Assembly (NCBI GenBank): GCA_965199955.1
Contig: CBDATQ010000002.1
Span: 1,216,001 to 1,280,000 of the forward strand
Direction of reading: 5' to 3'
Origin: Spirochaetia bacterium
Lineage (GTDB): Bacteria; Spirochaetota; Spirochaetia; SZUA-6; Bin103
Length of the DNA: 64,000 nt
Shown: positions 27,012 to 36,753 of the stretch, piece after piece
How the letters are laid out: each line of letters starts with the position of its first letter
How positions within the stretch are numbered: the stretch's first letter is position 1
Notes under the pieces: generated by a model
What the model saw: only the letters and a program-made list of their open reading frames with translations
Database searches by the model: none
Told to the model about the DNA's origin: nothing
Position numbers and translations under genes: made by a program

Positions 27012-27821
27012 GTGCCTGAGAAGCCCGATCAAGCCGGTCCGGAGAAGCCGACGGCCTACATCTTTCACGTCCTGCTGAAGGACGGCGAGTCGCTGCTGCT
27101 CGATCCGTTCCGGGGGGTGGAGCGGCTGGAGAACACCCTTGCGGAGCGCACCGTGGAAGGTCGCTTCGGGACCGAGCCGCGCGTCGAAGCCCTCACGCTG
27201 TATCGCAATGAGCTGTACCGGGCGGTGGACGCCGCCGTTCGCCGCTGGTTGTCGGAGAAGCGGTTCATTCCCCGTTTTCTGGCGTCCGCCGGTGTGTTCG
27301 TGCTGGCGATGTTCGTGATGGCCTATGTGTTCCGCGGCGGGCTGCCGATCCCGGTGATCGACGAGCTGGCGATCGCGCTGGGCGCCAGCGTCGTCGCGTA
27401 CCTCGCGATAGGCAGGAAGGAACTGGCCTCGGAGATGGCGACCAGGAAGCGCGTTGCGCTGAAGAACGCGATCGATCGCATCGCCTTCGTCCCCAGCCAG
27501 TTCCTGGTCCGGGTCGAAGAGGCGCTACGCCGCTACGAGGCGGAGAATCTGGAAGGGCTGGTCTCGGAGATCCTGGATCCGGCCGACGAGCCGCTGGACG
27601 AGCCCGAGCGGACGGAGGCAACCGAGTTCGTGCGACTGCTGGAGGACCAGTTCAACTACGCCCGCCTGCGCAAGGGAGAGCGGGAGTTGAAGAACTTCCT
27701 GGCAGAACGGGGCGCCGAGCGCGGCACCAACCTGCGGAAGTGGGCGGAATCGCAGCGTCTCAACTTCCCGCTGTACGCGGTGTACAAGAGATTCAAGCGT
27801 ACGGTCGAGCGGGTGCGCTGA
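27012..27821 (+). CDS. Hypothetical membrane protein (two TM segments)
   Basis: GGAG RBS before GTG; host-like codon usage; two hydrophobic helices around PIPVIDEL. Confidence 0.75.
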   Translation: MPEKPDQAGPEKPTAYIFHVLLKDGESLLLDPFRGVERLENTLAERTVEGRFGTEPRVEALTLYRNELYRAVDAAVRRWLSEKRFIPRFLASAGVFVLAMFVMAYVFRGGLPIPVIDELAIALGASVVAYLAIGRKELASEMATRKRVALKNAIDRIAFVPSQFLVRVEEALRRYEAENLEGLVSEILDPADEPLDEPERTEATEFVRLLEDQFNYARLRKGERELKNFLAERGAERGTNLRKWAESQRLNFPLYAVYKRFKRTVERVR

Positions 27822-27844
27822 CACACCGCTATCGTCACGTCGCC

Positions 27845-28555
27845 GTGCGTGCGGGAAGGATCGTCGCCACCGGTCTCCTGCTTTGCGCCGGCCGCGCCGT
27901 CGCGCTTCAGCCGCTTGACCTGACGCTCGCTCTGGCGGGCTCGGCCCTCACGGGCGGCGGCCTCCTGGTCGCCAACCGGGTCCCTCCGGTGACGGAGGAG
28001 CAGCGCCTTCAACTCCGCATCGAGGATCTGCCCCCGATGGACCGAGTGCTGGTGTTTCCGGACCAGCCACTCATCGGCGGCATCAGCGACATGGTCGCCT
28101 ACAGCCAGGTCCTGGTGCCGGTCGGCGCTGCAGCGTTCGGACTGGAGCGCCGGGACGCACAGGATGTGCTGGCCCGCCACTACCAGGTGCTGGCCATCAC
28201 CTATGGCAGCTCATACCTGATCAAGGCCGCCGTCTGGCGTGCACGTCCGTTCCTGTACGACCCGAACGTCTCTCCCGCGCGAGCCGCCGACCGGACGGGA
28301 GCCAACTCGTTTCCGTCCAGCCACGTCGCCGTCGCCTTTGCGAGCGCCACGTTCATCAGCACCATCGCCGACCAGTACTGGGACGAACGCTACACGACGA
28401 TCCTCACTGTCGGCTCCTACGCAACGGCTTCGATGGCGGCGATTCTTCGGATCGCCGCCGGCCGTCATTTCGTGAGCGACGTTCTGGCGGGCGCACTCCT
28501 CGGAATCGCGGTCGGGTGGGCCGTGCCGACCGCGCACGTACTGTCTGCCCGCTGA
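27845..28555 (+). CDS. PAP2-family phosphatase (start uncertain)
   Basis: KAAVWRARP, SFPSSH, RIAAGRHFVSDVLAG. Confidence 0.88.
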   Translation: MRAGRIVATGLLLCAGRAVALQPLDLTLALAGSALTGGGLLVANRVPPVTEEQRLQLRIEDLPPMDRVLVFPDQPLIGGISDMVAYSQVLVPVGAAAFGLERRDAQDVLARHYQVLAITYGSSYLIKAAVWRARPFLYDPNVSPARAADRTGANSFPSSHVAVAFASATFISTIADQYWDERYTTILTVGSYATASMAAILRIAAGRHFVSDVLAGALLGIAVGWAVPTAHVLSAR

Positions 28556-28591
28556 TGTGGCCGGGCCCACTGACGTGAACGGCCCGCGGAC

Positions 28592-29038
28592 GTGAGGGCA
28601 GCCCGGAAGTGCGCGTGCGCGGCACTGGCAGGTCTGCTGGCCGTCGCGCTCGTCGCCTGTCGGGGCGGGGCAGCGGAGACCGTCAGGCTCGGGGTCGGGG
28701 AGGAGCGGTTTACCGTCTGGGTGGCACGCACCCCGGAGCAACGGGCGCGCGGGCTGATGTATCGCACCGACCTGGGGCCTCGGCAGGGCATGCTGTTCGT
28801 GTTCGAGAACGAACAGGTGCTGTCGTTCTGGATGAAGAACACGCCGCTGCCGCTGTCGATCGCGTTCCTGTCCGCCGACGGTGAAATCCTGCAGATCGAG
28901 CCGCTGACACCGTTCTCGGAAGTGATCGTGAGCTCCTGGCGACCCGCGCGCTATGCGCTGGAGATCAACGCCGGCGCCTTCGCGGAGGCCGGCGCCCAGG
29001 TCGGAGATCTGGTCGGCTTTCCGCGGAACTGGCGCTAG
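28592..29038 (+). CDS. DUF192 family protein, probable lipoprotein
   Basis: LVA-C lipobox; RARGLMYR, GMLFVF, FWMKNTPLPLSIAF, YALEINAG. Confidence 0.9.
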   Translation: MRAARKCACAALAGLLAVALVACRGGAAETVRLGVGEERFTVWVARTPEQRARGLMYRTDLGPRQGMLFVFENEQVLSFWMKNTPLPLSIAFLSADGEILQIEPLTPFSEVIVSSWRPARYALEINAGAFAEAGAQVGDLVGFPRNWR

Positions 29039-29319
29039 CTATAGGAGTCCCCGGCCTCGTCCACGAACGGCTCCAGTTGAGGCTCGCCGTCCGCCAACTC
29101 CGGCTCGTTGATCATGATCTCGATGCGCCGCTCGATCTTGGCGAGCTCCGCGCCGAGATCGCGGGCCAGCTTCATGCCGCACTCGAACAGGTCGACCGCC
29201 TCCGCCAGGGGCACGTCGCCGTCCTTCAGCCGTTCCGCGAGCACTTCCAGCTCGTGAAGGCGTTCCTCGAAGCTGGACTCGCCCGTCCCGGGAGAGCGCG
29301 TCTCCGGTTCAGTCATCAC
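29035..29319 (-). CDS. xseB: Exodeoxyribonuclease VII small subunit
   Basis: SFEERLHELE...GDVPLAEAVDLFECGMKL; follows xseA. Confidence 0.9.
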   Translation of the reverse strand: MMTEPETRSPGTGESSFEERLHELEVLAERLKDGDVPLAEAVDLFECGMKLARDLGAELAKIERRIEIMINEPELADGEPQLEPFVDEAGDSYS

Positions 29320-30550
29320 TACCTCCGGCAGCGACCGGTTCCGTGCCGGTGACGGAGGCCGCCAGCCGGCCGCGGTGCAGCCGTACGCGTATCGGGTCGC
29401 CAGGGGCCGCCTGGGATGCGTCGGTGACCGCGGCGCCGTCGGCGGCGGTCACCAGCGCATAGCCCCGGGCCAGGATGTCGAGCGGCGACCTGGAGCGTAT
29501 CGCCTCGGCGGCAAGCACCACGCGGTGCCGGTTGTCGAGCACGCGTGCCTGCAGCGCACGCGTGGCGGCCGCCACGGCGTCATCCAGACGCTGCGTGGCC
29601 GGTGCCAGCGCCAGGCGCAGGCTGCGCTCCAGTCCGGCCGGCTGGAACCGCTCCAGGGCGAAACGGACGCGCTCGCGCCGCTGGTCCAGGCTGCTGCGCA
29701 TCGAGCCGGCGGCGGCGTGCAGCCGGCGCAGCAGATCGGAGCGTTCGCTGGACACCAGCTCGGCGGCAGCCGACGGGGTAGGGGCACGAACGTCGGCCGC
29801 CAGATCTGCGAGCGAGGTGTCGGTCTGGTGGCCGACCGCGCTCACCACCGGCAATTCGCAGCGAACGATCGCTTCGACCACCGCTTCGTCCGAGAACGGC
29901 AGCAGGTCCTCCAGGGACCCGCCGCCACGGGCCAGGATGACCACGTCGCCCATACGGTGGCGGCTGGCGGTCCGCAGCCGCGAAGCGATGATGCCGGCGG
30001 CTCCGGATCCCTGCACCTGTGCCGGCAAGACCACCAGGTCGATGCCGGCATGCCGCCTCCGCAGCACGTCCAGGATGTCGCGCAGCGCCGCGCCGGCTGG
30101 AGAGGTGATCACCACCACGCGCCGCGGCACCCGCGGGATCGGCCGCTTGCGCTCCAGGTCGAAGCAGCCGTGCGCCGCCAGCCGGCGCTTGCGTTCTTCC
30201 AGCAACGCCAGCAGATCGCCGGTGCCGGCCCGTTGCACCGTTTCGACCACCAACTGGTAGGTGCCGCGTTGTTCATAGACGTCGATCGCGCCGCGCGCGC
30301 GGATCAGCATGCCGTCGTGCGGGACGAAGTCCGCCCGGGCGAGCTGCGTGCGGAACATCGCCGCCTGCAGCACGGCGCGGCGGTCCTTCAGGCTGAAGTA
30401 CAGATGCCCGCTGGCCGCCCGGCGCGCGTTGGACACCTCTCCCTCGACGGTGATGTCCGGAAACGCGCCCCCCAGCATGCCCCTGACTCTCCGTGTGACG
30501 TCCGACACGGAGTAGACGTGGCGCTGAGGCGTCCGAGCTCGCCCGAGCAC
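29309..30550 (-). CDS. xseA: Exodeoxyribonuclease VII large subunit (start uncertain)
   Basis: VEGEVSN, SGHLYFSLKD, ARGGGSLEDL, SAVGHQTD, RAPTPSAAAE. Confidence 0.95.
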   Translation of the reverse strand: MLGRARTPQRHVYSVSDVTRRVRGMLGGAFPDITVEGEVSNARRAASGHLYFSLKDRRAVLQAAMFRTQLARADFVPHDGMLIRARGAIDVYEQRGTYQLVVETVQRAGTGDLLALLEERKRRLAAHGCFDLERKRPIPRVPRRVVVITSPAGAALRDILDVLRRRHAGIDLVVLPAQVQGSGAAGIIASRLRTASRHRMGDVVILARGGGSLEDLLPFSDEAVVEAIVRCELPVVSAVGHQTDTSLADLAADVRAPTPSAAAELVSSERSDLLRRLHAAAGSMRSSLDQRRERVRFALERFQPAGLERSLRLALAPATQRLDDAVAAATRALQARVLDNRHRVVLAAEAIRSRSPLDILARGYALVTAADGAAVTDASQAAPGDPIRVRLHRGRLAASVTGTEPVAAGGSDD

Positions 30551-30643
30551 GCGGCAGATCGTAGTGGCGGCCGGCCCCCTTGGCAACGCGGCGCGGCGCC
30601 GAGCGGGAGCCGGCCTGCACCCGGCATGCGGTACTGCCGATAC

Positions 30644-31708
30644 ATGAAGCGAGGTATGCTCCGTTCACGGGTTGCGTGTGTCCTGGCGCTGGCGGCCGTG
30701 CTCCTCGCCGCGGCGTCAGGGGCATGGTGTGACACCGATCTCATGGATCTGCGCAGCCGGACCGGCTCCACCCTGGAGTGGGATCCGTGGTCTCAGCGGG
30801 GCCTGCTGGTGAACCGCGGCACCACGGTCGCGTTCCGCGTAGGCCTGCCGTGGGCGGTGGTCGACTACGAGGACCGCCTGGACATCGGGCCGGTCACGCG
30901 GGACGGCGCCTCGATCCGCTTCACCGACGAGGGCGCCGCGCTCATCGCCGCGCTCCTGGATCCGCCGCGTCCCGAGCGCCTTGGGCCGCAGGTGGTGGCC
31001 GTCGTGATCGATCCCGGGCACGGCGGCAAAGACCCCGGCGCGGTCAGGGAGCACCGATTCGACGGCCGACGGGTCGTCATCCACGAAAAGGACATCGCAC
31101 TTGCCGTCGGCCTGCGGCTGTCTGCGATGCTTACCGAGGAGTTGCCGTACACGCGGATCCTGATGACGCGCGATGAGGATGTGTTCGTCGAGCTCGAAGA
31201 CCGTCCGGCGATGGCCAACGAAGCCCTTGACGCACTCCCGGAGGACGAGGACATCGTCTTGTTCGTTTCCGTCCACGCGAACACGGTCGCGTTCCGGACG
31301 GAACCCACCGGATTCGAGGTCTGGGTGCTGCCCAAGGAACACGAACGAACGGTTCTTCCCACCGGCTCGACGCCGAGCGGCGACAGCGCCGCACAGCCGA
31401 TTTTCAATGCCATGCTGGACGAGCAGATCAGCCGCGAGAGCGTCGTGCTGGCGAACGAGATCCTGGACGGCCTCGAGACCCACGTGGGAGACCGCTCGCC
31501 GAACCGGGGCTTGCGGGAGGAGAAATGGGCCGTGGTGCGCCGCGCGCGCATGCCGGCGGTGCTGGTGGAGGTTGGCTACATGTCCAATCCGGAGGAGGCG
31601 CGCCGCATGCTGCAGCCGGCTTACTTGAACGACCTCGCGCGCGGCATCTACGATGGGATCCGCGGATTCATCGAGTGGTTCGAGGCGGCGCCGGCAGTGA
31701 CTCAATAG
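30644..31708 (+). CDS. N-acetylmuramoyl-L-alanine amidase (Amidase_3)
   Basis: Signal peptide; VIDPGHGGKDPG, EKDIAL, FVSVHAN, MPAVLVEVGYMSN. Confidence 0.93.
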   Translation: MKRGMLRSRVACVLALAAVLLAAASGAWCDTDLMDLRSRTGSTLEWDPWSQRGLLVNRGTTVAFRVGLPWAVVDYEDRLDIGPVTRDGASIRFTDEGAALIAALLDPPRPERLGPQVVAVVIDPGHGGKDPGAVREHRFDGRRVVIHEKDIALAVGLRLSAMLTEELPYTRILMTRDEDVFVELEDRPAMANEALDALPEDEDIVLFVSVHANTVAFRTEPTGFEVWVLPKEHERTVLPTGSTPSGDSAAQPIFNAMLDEQISRESVVLANEILDGLETHVGDRSPNRGLREEKWAVVRRARMPAVLVEVGYMSNPEEARRMLQPAYLNDLARGIYDGIRGFIEWFEAAPAVTQ

Positions 31709-32259
31709 GCGGAGAAGGGGAGCCGGCGGCCGGGCGAACACCGGCACGATCGCCGGCGGCGAGCGGGCTCGATCGATGGATTGCGCTGGGTGGCCTGACC
31801 GTCACGTTCGCGGTGTCTGTCCTGCTCTTCGTCGGTCGGGAGCCTCCGGTCGCCCACGTGCTGTTCTTCGCCGGCCCGGGTGACGATCTGATCGGCGAGA
31901 CCCGACTGGTCGGCGAGACCCGGTACCTGCCGCGTCGTACCGGCCGTATCGACCCGCTCCGGTTGCTGGTGGACGAGGTGATCCTGGGCCCCCGCTTGCG
32001 GGACCATCGGCCGGTGCTGCCGCGCTCCACCGAGGTGAGGTTCCTGACACTCGGGGGCGACACGCTGTTCCTGGATCTGAGCGCCGCGGCGTTGCTCGAC
32101 CAGTCTGGCGCCGAGTTGCAGGGCGCCGATCGCCTGCAGGCGTTGGCGTCGACGCTGCTGTTCAACACGCCCTGGCTGCGCCGGGTCTGGCTGTTCGTGG
32201 ACGGACAGATCCCGGACTACGAGGCCGCGCGCGACGGTTGGGTGCGGGCGTGCTGCTGA
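31675..32259 (+). CDS. GerMN domain-containing protein (start uncertain)
   Basis: N-terminal TM; GETRYLP, LVDEVILGP, LFLDLS, VWLFVDGQ; follows the amidase. Confidence 0.65.
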   Translation: MVRGGAGSDSIGGEGEPAAGRTPARSPAASGLDRWIALGGLTVTFAVSVLLFVGREPPVAHVLFFAGPGDDLIGETRLVGETRYLPRRTGRIDPLRLLVDEVILGPRLRDHRPVLPRSTEVRFLTLGGDTLFLDLSAAALLDQSGAELQGADRLQALASTLLFNTPWLRRVWLFVDGQIPDYEAARDGWVRACC

Positions 32260-34463
32260 GCAGCGGGCAGCCGGGCGAGTACATCGTCCATCATGAGCCC
32301 GAGCTCACCGCCGCCGCGCGGGAACGTGCCGTCGGCCGCGCGCGGCTGCGGTGCTCGAAGCCGGTGACGGCCGGAGCGCCGATCGCGGCAGAATTCGAGG
32401 TCACGGTCGGCGAGCGCGGGTTGCCGGAGGGTGGCCGGCTCGCGATCGCGTGGCGCTGGCCGCTCGATTTCGGTGATCTCCAGGTGACGGATCCCGAAGG
32501 CCCCGACTACCTGAGCGCACGGGCCGAGTCGCCTGCCGCGGACGTCGAGGCCCGCTATCACTGCGTGAGCAGCTTCAACCCCTGGAACCATGCTATCGAG
32601 GTGTCGGTCACCGGCGGCCCGTTGCCCGCGAACGGAACCGTAGCGGTGACCTGTTCCCGTTGGCAGGCTCCGACGTGCTCGACGCTGGCCGCTCGCTTTC
32701 TGGTCGTGGCGCAGGACGAGGCCGGTGCCGGCTGGCGCCAGATGGTCGACCCGGCGCCGATCGCCGTGCGTCCGGGCGCGCCCGCCATGCTCGGCGTGGT
32801 CGTCCCGTCCGACGCTGTCGTCGGCCGGGAGACGGAGGCCGTCGTTCGAGCCACCGACCGCTTCGGCAACCTTGCCGCGCTCCCGGAGCCGCCGCGGCTC
32901 GCCACGCGCGACGGAGAGCCTGCGGCGCGCGTCGGTTCGGCCTGGCCGACCGCGCTTGCCGGGGCGTGGCGGGTTCCGGTCCGCTTCGGCGAAGCCGGCC
33001 GCGCCGTGCTGCACGCGCGCGCGTGCGGGCTCGGCGCGGTGGCCAACCCGATATACGTCCACGCCGCCGCGCCGCCGCGGCGGCTGCTGTGGGGGGACCT
33101 GCATGCCGGCCAGGGCGACACCGGCTGCGGCCTCGACTCCCTCGACCACCAATATGCGTTCGCCCGCGACGTGGCCGGTCTGCAGTTCGCTTCTCAGCAG
33201 GCAAACGACCACTACGTGACGGCCGAGCGCTGGCAGGAGGTGCAGCGGATCACGCGACGCTGGCACGACGACGGACGCTTCGTGGCGTTCCTGGGCTGCG
33301 AGTGGAGCGCCCTGACCGCCGACGGCGGCGACCGCAACCTGGTCTTCCGGGGCGCGAGCGCCGAGCTGCCACGCTCGGGGCGGTTCTTCAGCGACCGGCC
33401 GTCCGACCCGACACCGGACGCCGTGCGGGCGGAGGATCTGCATCGGCGGCTCGCCGGCAGCGAGGTGCTCCTCAACCTCCACGCCGGCGGCCGTCCGACC
33501 GACCTTTCGCGGCACGCACCGGAGCTGGAGCCGCTGTTCGAGGTCCACTCCACGCACGGGACCTCCGACTGGTTCGTGCTGGAGGCGATCAGGCGGGGTT
33601 ACAGGGTCGGCGTGACCGCCGGCACGGACGGGGTGATGGGCCGCCCCGGTGCCTGTCACCCCGGGCGGCGACTGTCGCGCAACTGCCGGGGCGGCGTGAC
33701 CGGGCTGTACGCCACGGAAGCGACGCGCCCGGCGGTCTGGGAGGCGTTTCAGGCCCGGCGCTGCTACGGCACTACCGGTGAGCGGATCCGGCTGTGGGTG
33801 GAGATCGGCCGCGTCCCGATGGGCGGCGAGTGTGAACTTCCGGCCGGGGAGCCGGTGGTCGTCAAAGTGGAGGCCGACGGAACGGCCGCGATCGAAGTGA
33901 TCGAGCTGCTGCGCGGCACGGAGGTCGTGGCGACCGCCCGGGTGGCCGCGTTCGATTATGGGCGGCTGCGCCTCCTATGGGGAGGGACCCGAAACTACGG
34001 CACCGCGCGCGATCAGCGCGTCGTATGGGACGGCGGGCTGATCGTGGATGGAGCTGATGTCGACGAAGCGGAGCCGGTTCGTTTCGAGAGCCCGTATGAT
34101 CGTCTGAAGCAGGAAGGCGGCTCTCTGCGCTGGTGCTCCGCGACGGCCGGCGGGCACGCGGGCGTGGTCCTGTCGCTGCGTGGCGGACCTGCCCGGTGCC
34201 GCTTCGAGAGCGGTCCGGCGTCCTTCGACTTCTCTGTCGATGCGGCGTTGGGAAGCCCGGCGCGCGTGCCCGCGGGGGGCGCCGGGTGCCAGGTCGAAGT
34301 GGGCCCGTCGCCGGCCGCCGACGGGCCGGCGGTGGCGCAGGTCGAGTTGTCCGACGACGGGCCCGCGCCGCCGGCGTCGCCGGTGCCGTACTGGGTGCGC
34401 GTCACGCAGGTCGACCGCTCGCGCGCCTGGAGCAGCCCGATCACGGTGACCCGTACGGCGTAG
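32250..34463 (+). CDS. DUF3604-like PHP-fold metallohydrolase
   Basis: WGDLH, ANDH, FLGCEWS..GGDRN, EVHSTHG, TAGTDG, RRCYGTTGERI, AWSSPI. Confidence 0.75.
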   Translation: MLLSSGQPGEYIVHHEPELTAAARERAVGRARLRCSKPVTAGAPIAAEFEVTVGERGLPEGGRLAIAWRWPLDFGDLQVTDPEGPDYLSARAESPAADVEARYHCVSSFNPWNHAIEVSVTGGPLPANGTVAVTCSRWQAPTCSTLAARFLVVAQDEAGAGWRQMVDPAPIAVRPGAPAMLGVVVPSDAVVGRETEAVVRATDRFGNLAALPEPPRLATRDGEPAARVGSAWPTALAGAWRVPVRFGEAGRAVLHARACGLGAVANPIYVHAAAPPRRLLWGDLHAGQGDTGCGLDSLDHQYAFARDVAGLQFASQQANDHYVTAERWQEVQRITRRWHDDGRFVAFLGCEWSALTADGGDRNLVFRGASAELPRSGRFFSDRPSDPTPDAVRAEDLHRRLAGSEVLLNLHAGGRPTDLSRHAPELEPLFEVHSTHGTSDWFVLEAIRRGYRVGVTAGTDGVMGRPGACHPGRRLSRNCRGGVTGLYATEATRPAVWEAFQARRCYGTTGERIRLWVEIGRVPMGGECELPAGEPVVVKVEADGTAAIEVIELLRGTEVVATARVAAFDYGRLRLLWGGTRNYGTARDQRVVWDGGLIVDGADVDEAEPVRFESPYDRLKQEGGSLRWCSATAGGHAGVVLSLRGGPARCRFESGPASFDFSVDAALGSPARVPAGGAGCQVEVGPSPAADGPAVAQVELSDDGPAPPASPVPYWVRVTQVDRSRAWSSPITVTRTA

Positions 34464-34576
34464 CGCCCCGAAACCGTCGCCTGCGGCTCCGTTTTCGGCC
34501 CATCCCCGCCTACCGCTTCGGAGTCTGTCGGACTTGCCGCTGGACGCGGTAAGTCCGACAGACTCCTCGCGCACTA
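34461..34576 (+). repeat. Dispersed hairpin repeat, copy 2 (longest); probably also a bidirectional terminator
   Basis: Stem 34468-34476/34490-34498 around TCGCCTGCGGCTC; 21-bp stem 34520-34540/34546-34566; fills the whole gap between two convergent stop codons. Confidence 0.85.
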
Positions 34577-35104
34577 CCCGAGAGGGACCTGTCTGCCGAG
34601 CTCCGCAGCCCACCGCGACGTGCGCACGAAGCGCTGCGCGAACGCCCCGAGCAGCGCCGAAGAGACCGTGCCGATGGCGAAGAAGGCCGGTGCGATCAGC
34701 CATGCGGTCGGCCCGAAGGCCACGTAGCGGGCGGCGGCGACCTGCGCCGCGTTGCTGGCCAGCCCGCCAAGCACGCTGACGCCGATCAGCGACAGCGGCC
34801 CCCCCAGCGCCCGCCAGGCGATCAGCATGACGGTCGCGCTGGCGATCGAGCCGGCCGCGGAGAACAGCACCACGTAGGAAAACAGCGTCCCTTGCACGAA
34901 GCCCTGCCCGACGATCTTCAGCGCCACCACCAGCGCCACCGACCGCGTGTCCAGGCGCGCGATGGCGATCAGGACCGGCAGGTTGGCCAGGCCGAGCCGC
35001 ACGAACGGGACCGGCTTGGGGATCGCGAACTCGACGGACGCCAGGAACAGCGCCGTCGCCGCAAGCAGGGCGACCGTGTCGCGGTCCGCCCGGTGGCGGG
35101 ACAC
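34574..35104 (-). CDS. Gx transporter family protein (heptaprenyl diphosphate synthase component I-like)
   Basis: LASVEFAIPKPVPFVRLGLAN, GTLFSY, SLIGVSVLGGLASN. Confidence 0.85.
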   Translation of the reverse strand: MSRHRADRDTVALLAATALFLASVEFAIPKPVPFVRLGLANLPVLIAIARLDTRSVALVVALKIVGQGFVQGTLFSYVVLFSAAGSIASATVMLIAWRALGGPLSLIGVSVLGGLASNAAQVAAARYVAFGPTAWLIAPAFFAIGTVSSALLGAFAQRFVRTSRWAAELGRQVPLG

Positions 35105-35105
35105 G

Positions 35106-35465
35106 TCAGTAGCTGCGGGCATCGACGTCGGTCCGGCTTCCGGACTCGATCGACACGAACACGCGATTGGGCAGGCACGCGATCCAGCGTCCCGCGCGTT
35201 CGACATGGCCGGTGCGGACGCAGATCTGGTTGTCGCACGGCGATGAGACCACGCGAGCGCCGCCGTCGGCGATCTCGACGACCGTCTGTCCGATCGGTCC
35301 GCTGACGGCGATCGTCTCCTCCACCGAGGAGGCGAACAGGTATTCGGCGTCCGTAGCGGTGACGAGCACCGTGGTCCGTCCGCCGGCGCCGCCGTAGACG
35401 GCCGTCGAGATCGCGACCACGAGCGCAGCGGCGAACAGCAGCGTCACGTAGTCGAGCGGCTTCAC
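35106..35465 (-). CDS. NusG domain II-containing protein
   Basis: GPIGQTVVEI, SSPCDNQICV, WIACLPNRV. Confidence 0.88.
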   Translation of the reverse strand: MKPLDYVTLLFAAALVVAISTAVYGGAGGRTTVLVTATDAEYLFASSVEETIAVSGPIGQTVVEIADGGARVVSSPCDNQICVRTGHVERAGRWIACLPNRVFVSIESGSRTDVDARSY

Positions 35466-35496
35466 CGGCCGACCCGCACCGCCGCCGGGGGCGCGT

Positions 35497-36651
<1,155 letters not shown>

Positions 36652-36753
36652 CTCGGAACCGCGCCGGAACGTACCAGAGCCTGGACCGACGGGTCAAACA
36701 CGCCAAGGATCTGGACGCGGGCGCGGCATTCGCCGCACAGTTCGGTCCCGGTC

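Noticed and set aside
36652..36753. Possible SAM riboswitch upstream of metK
   Set aside because: The divergent gap is only about 100 bp and shows no SAM-I or SAM-II consensus that I can recognise.
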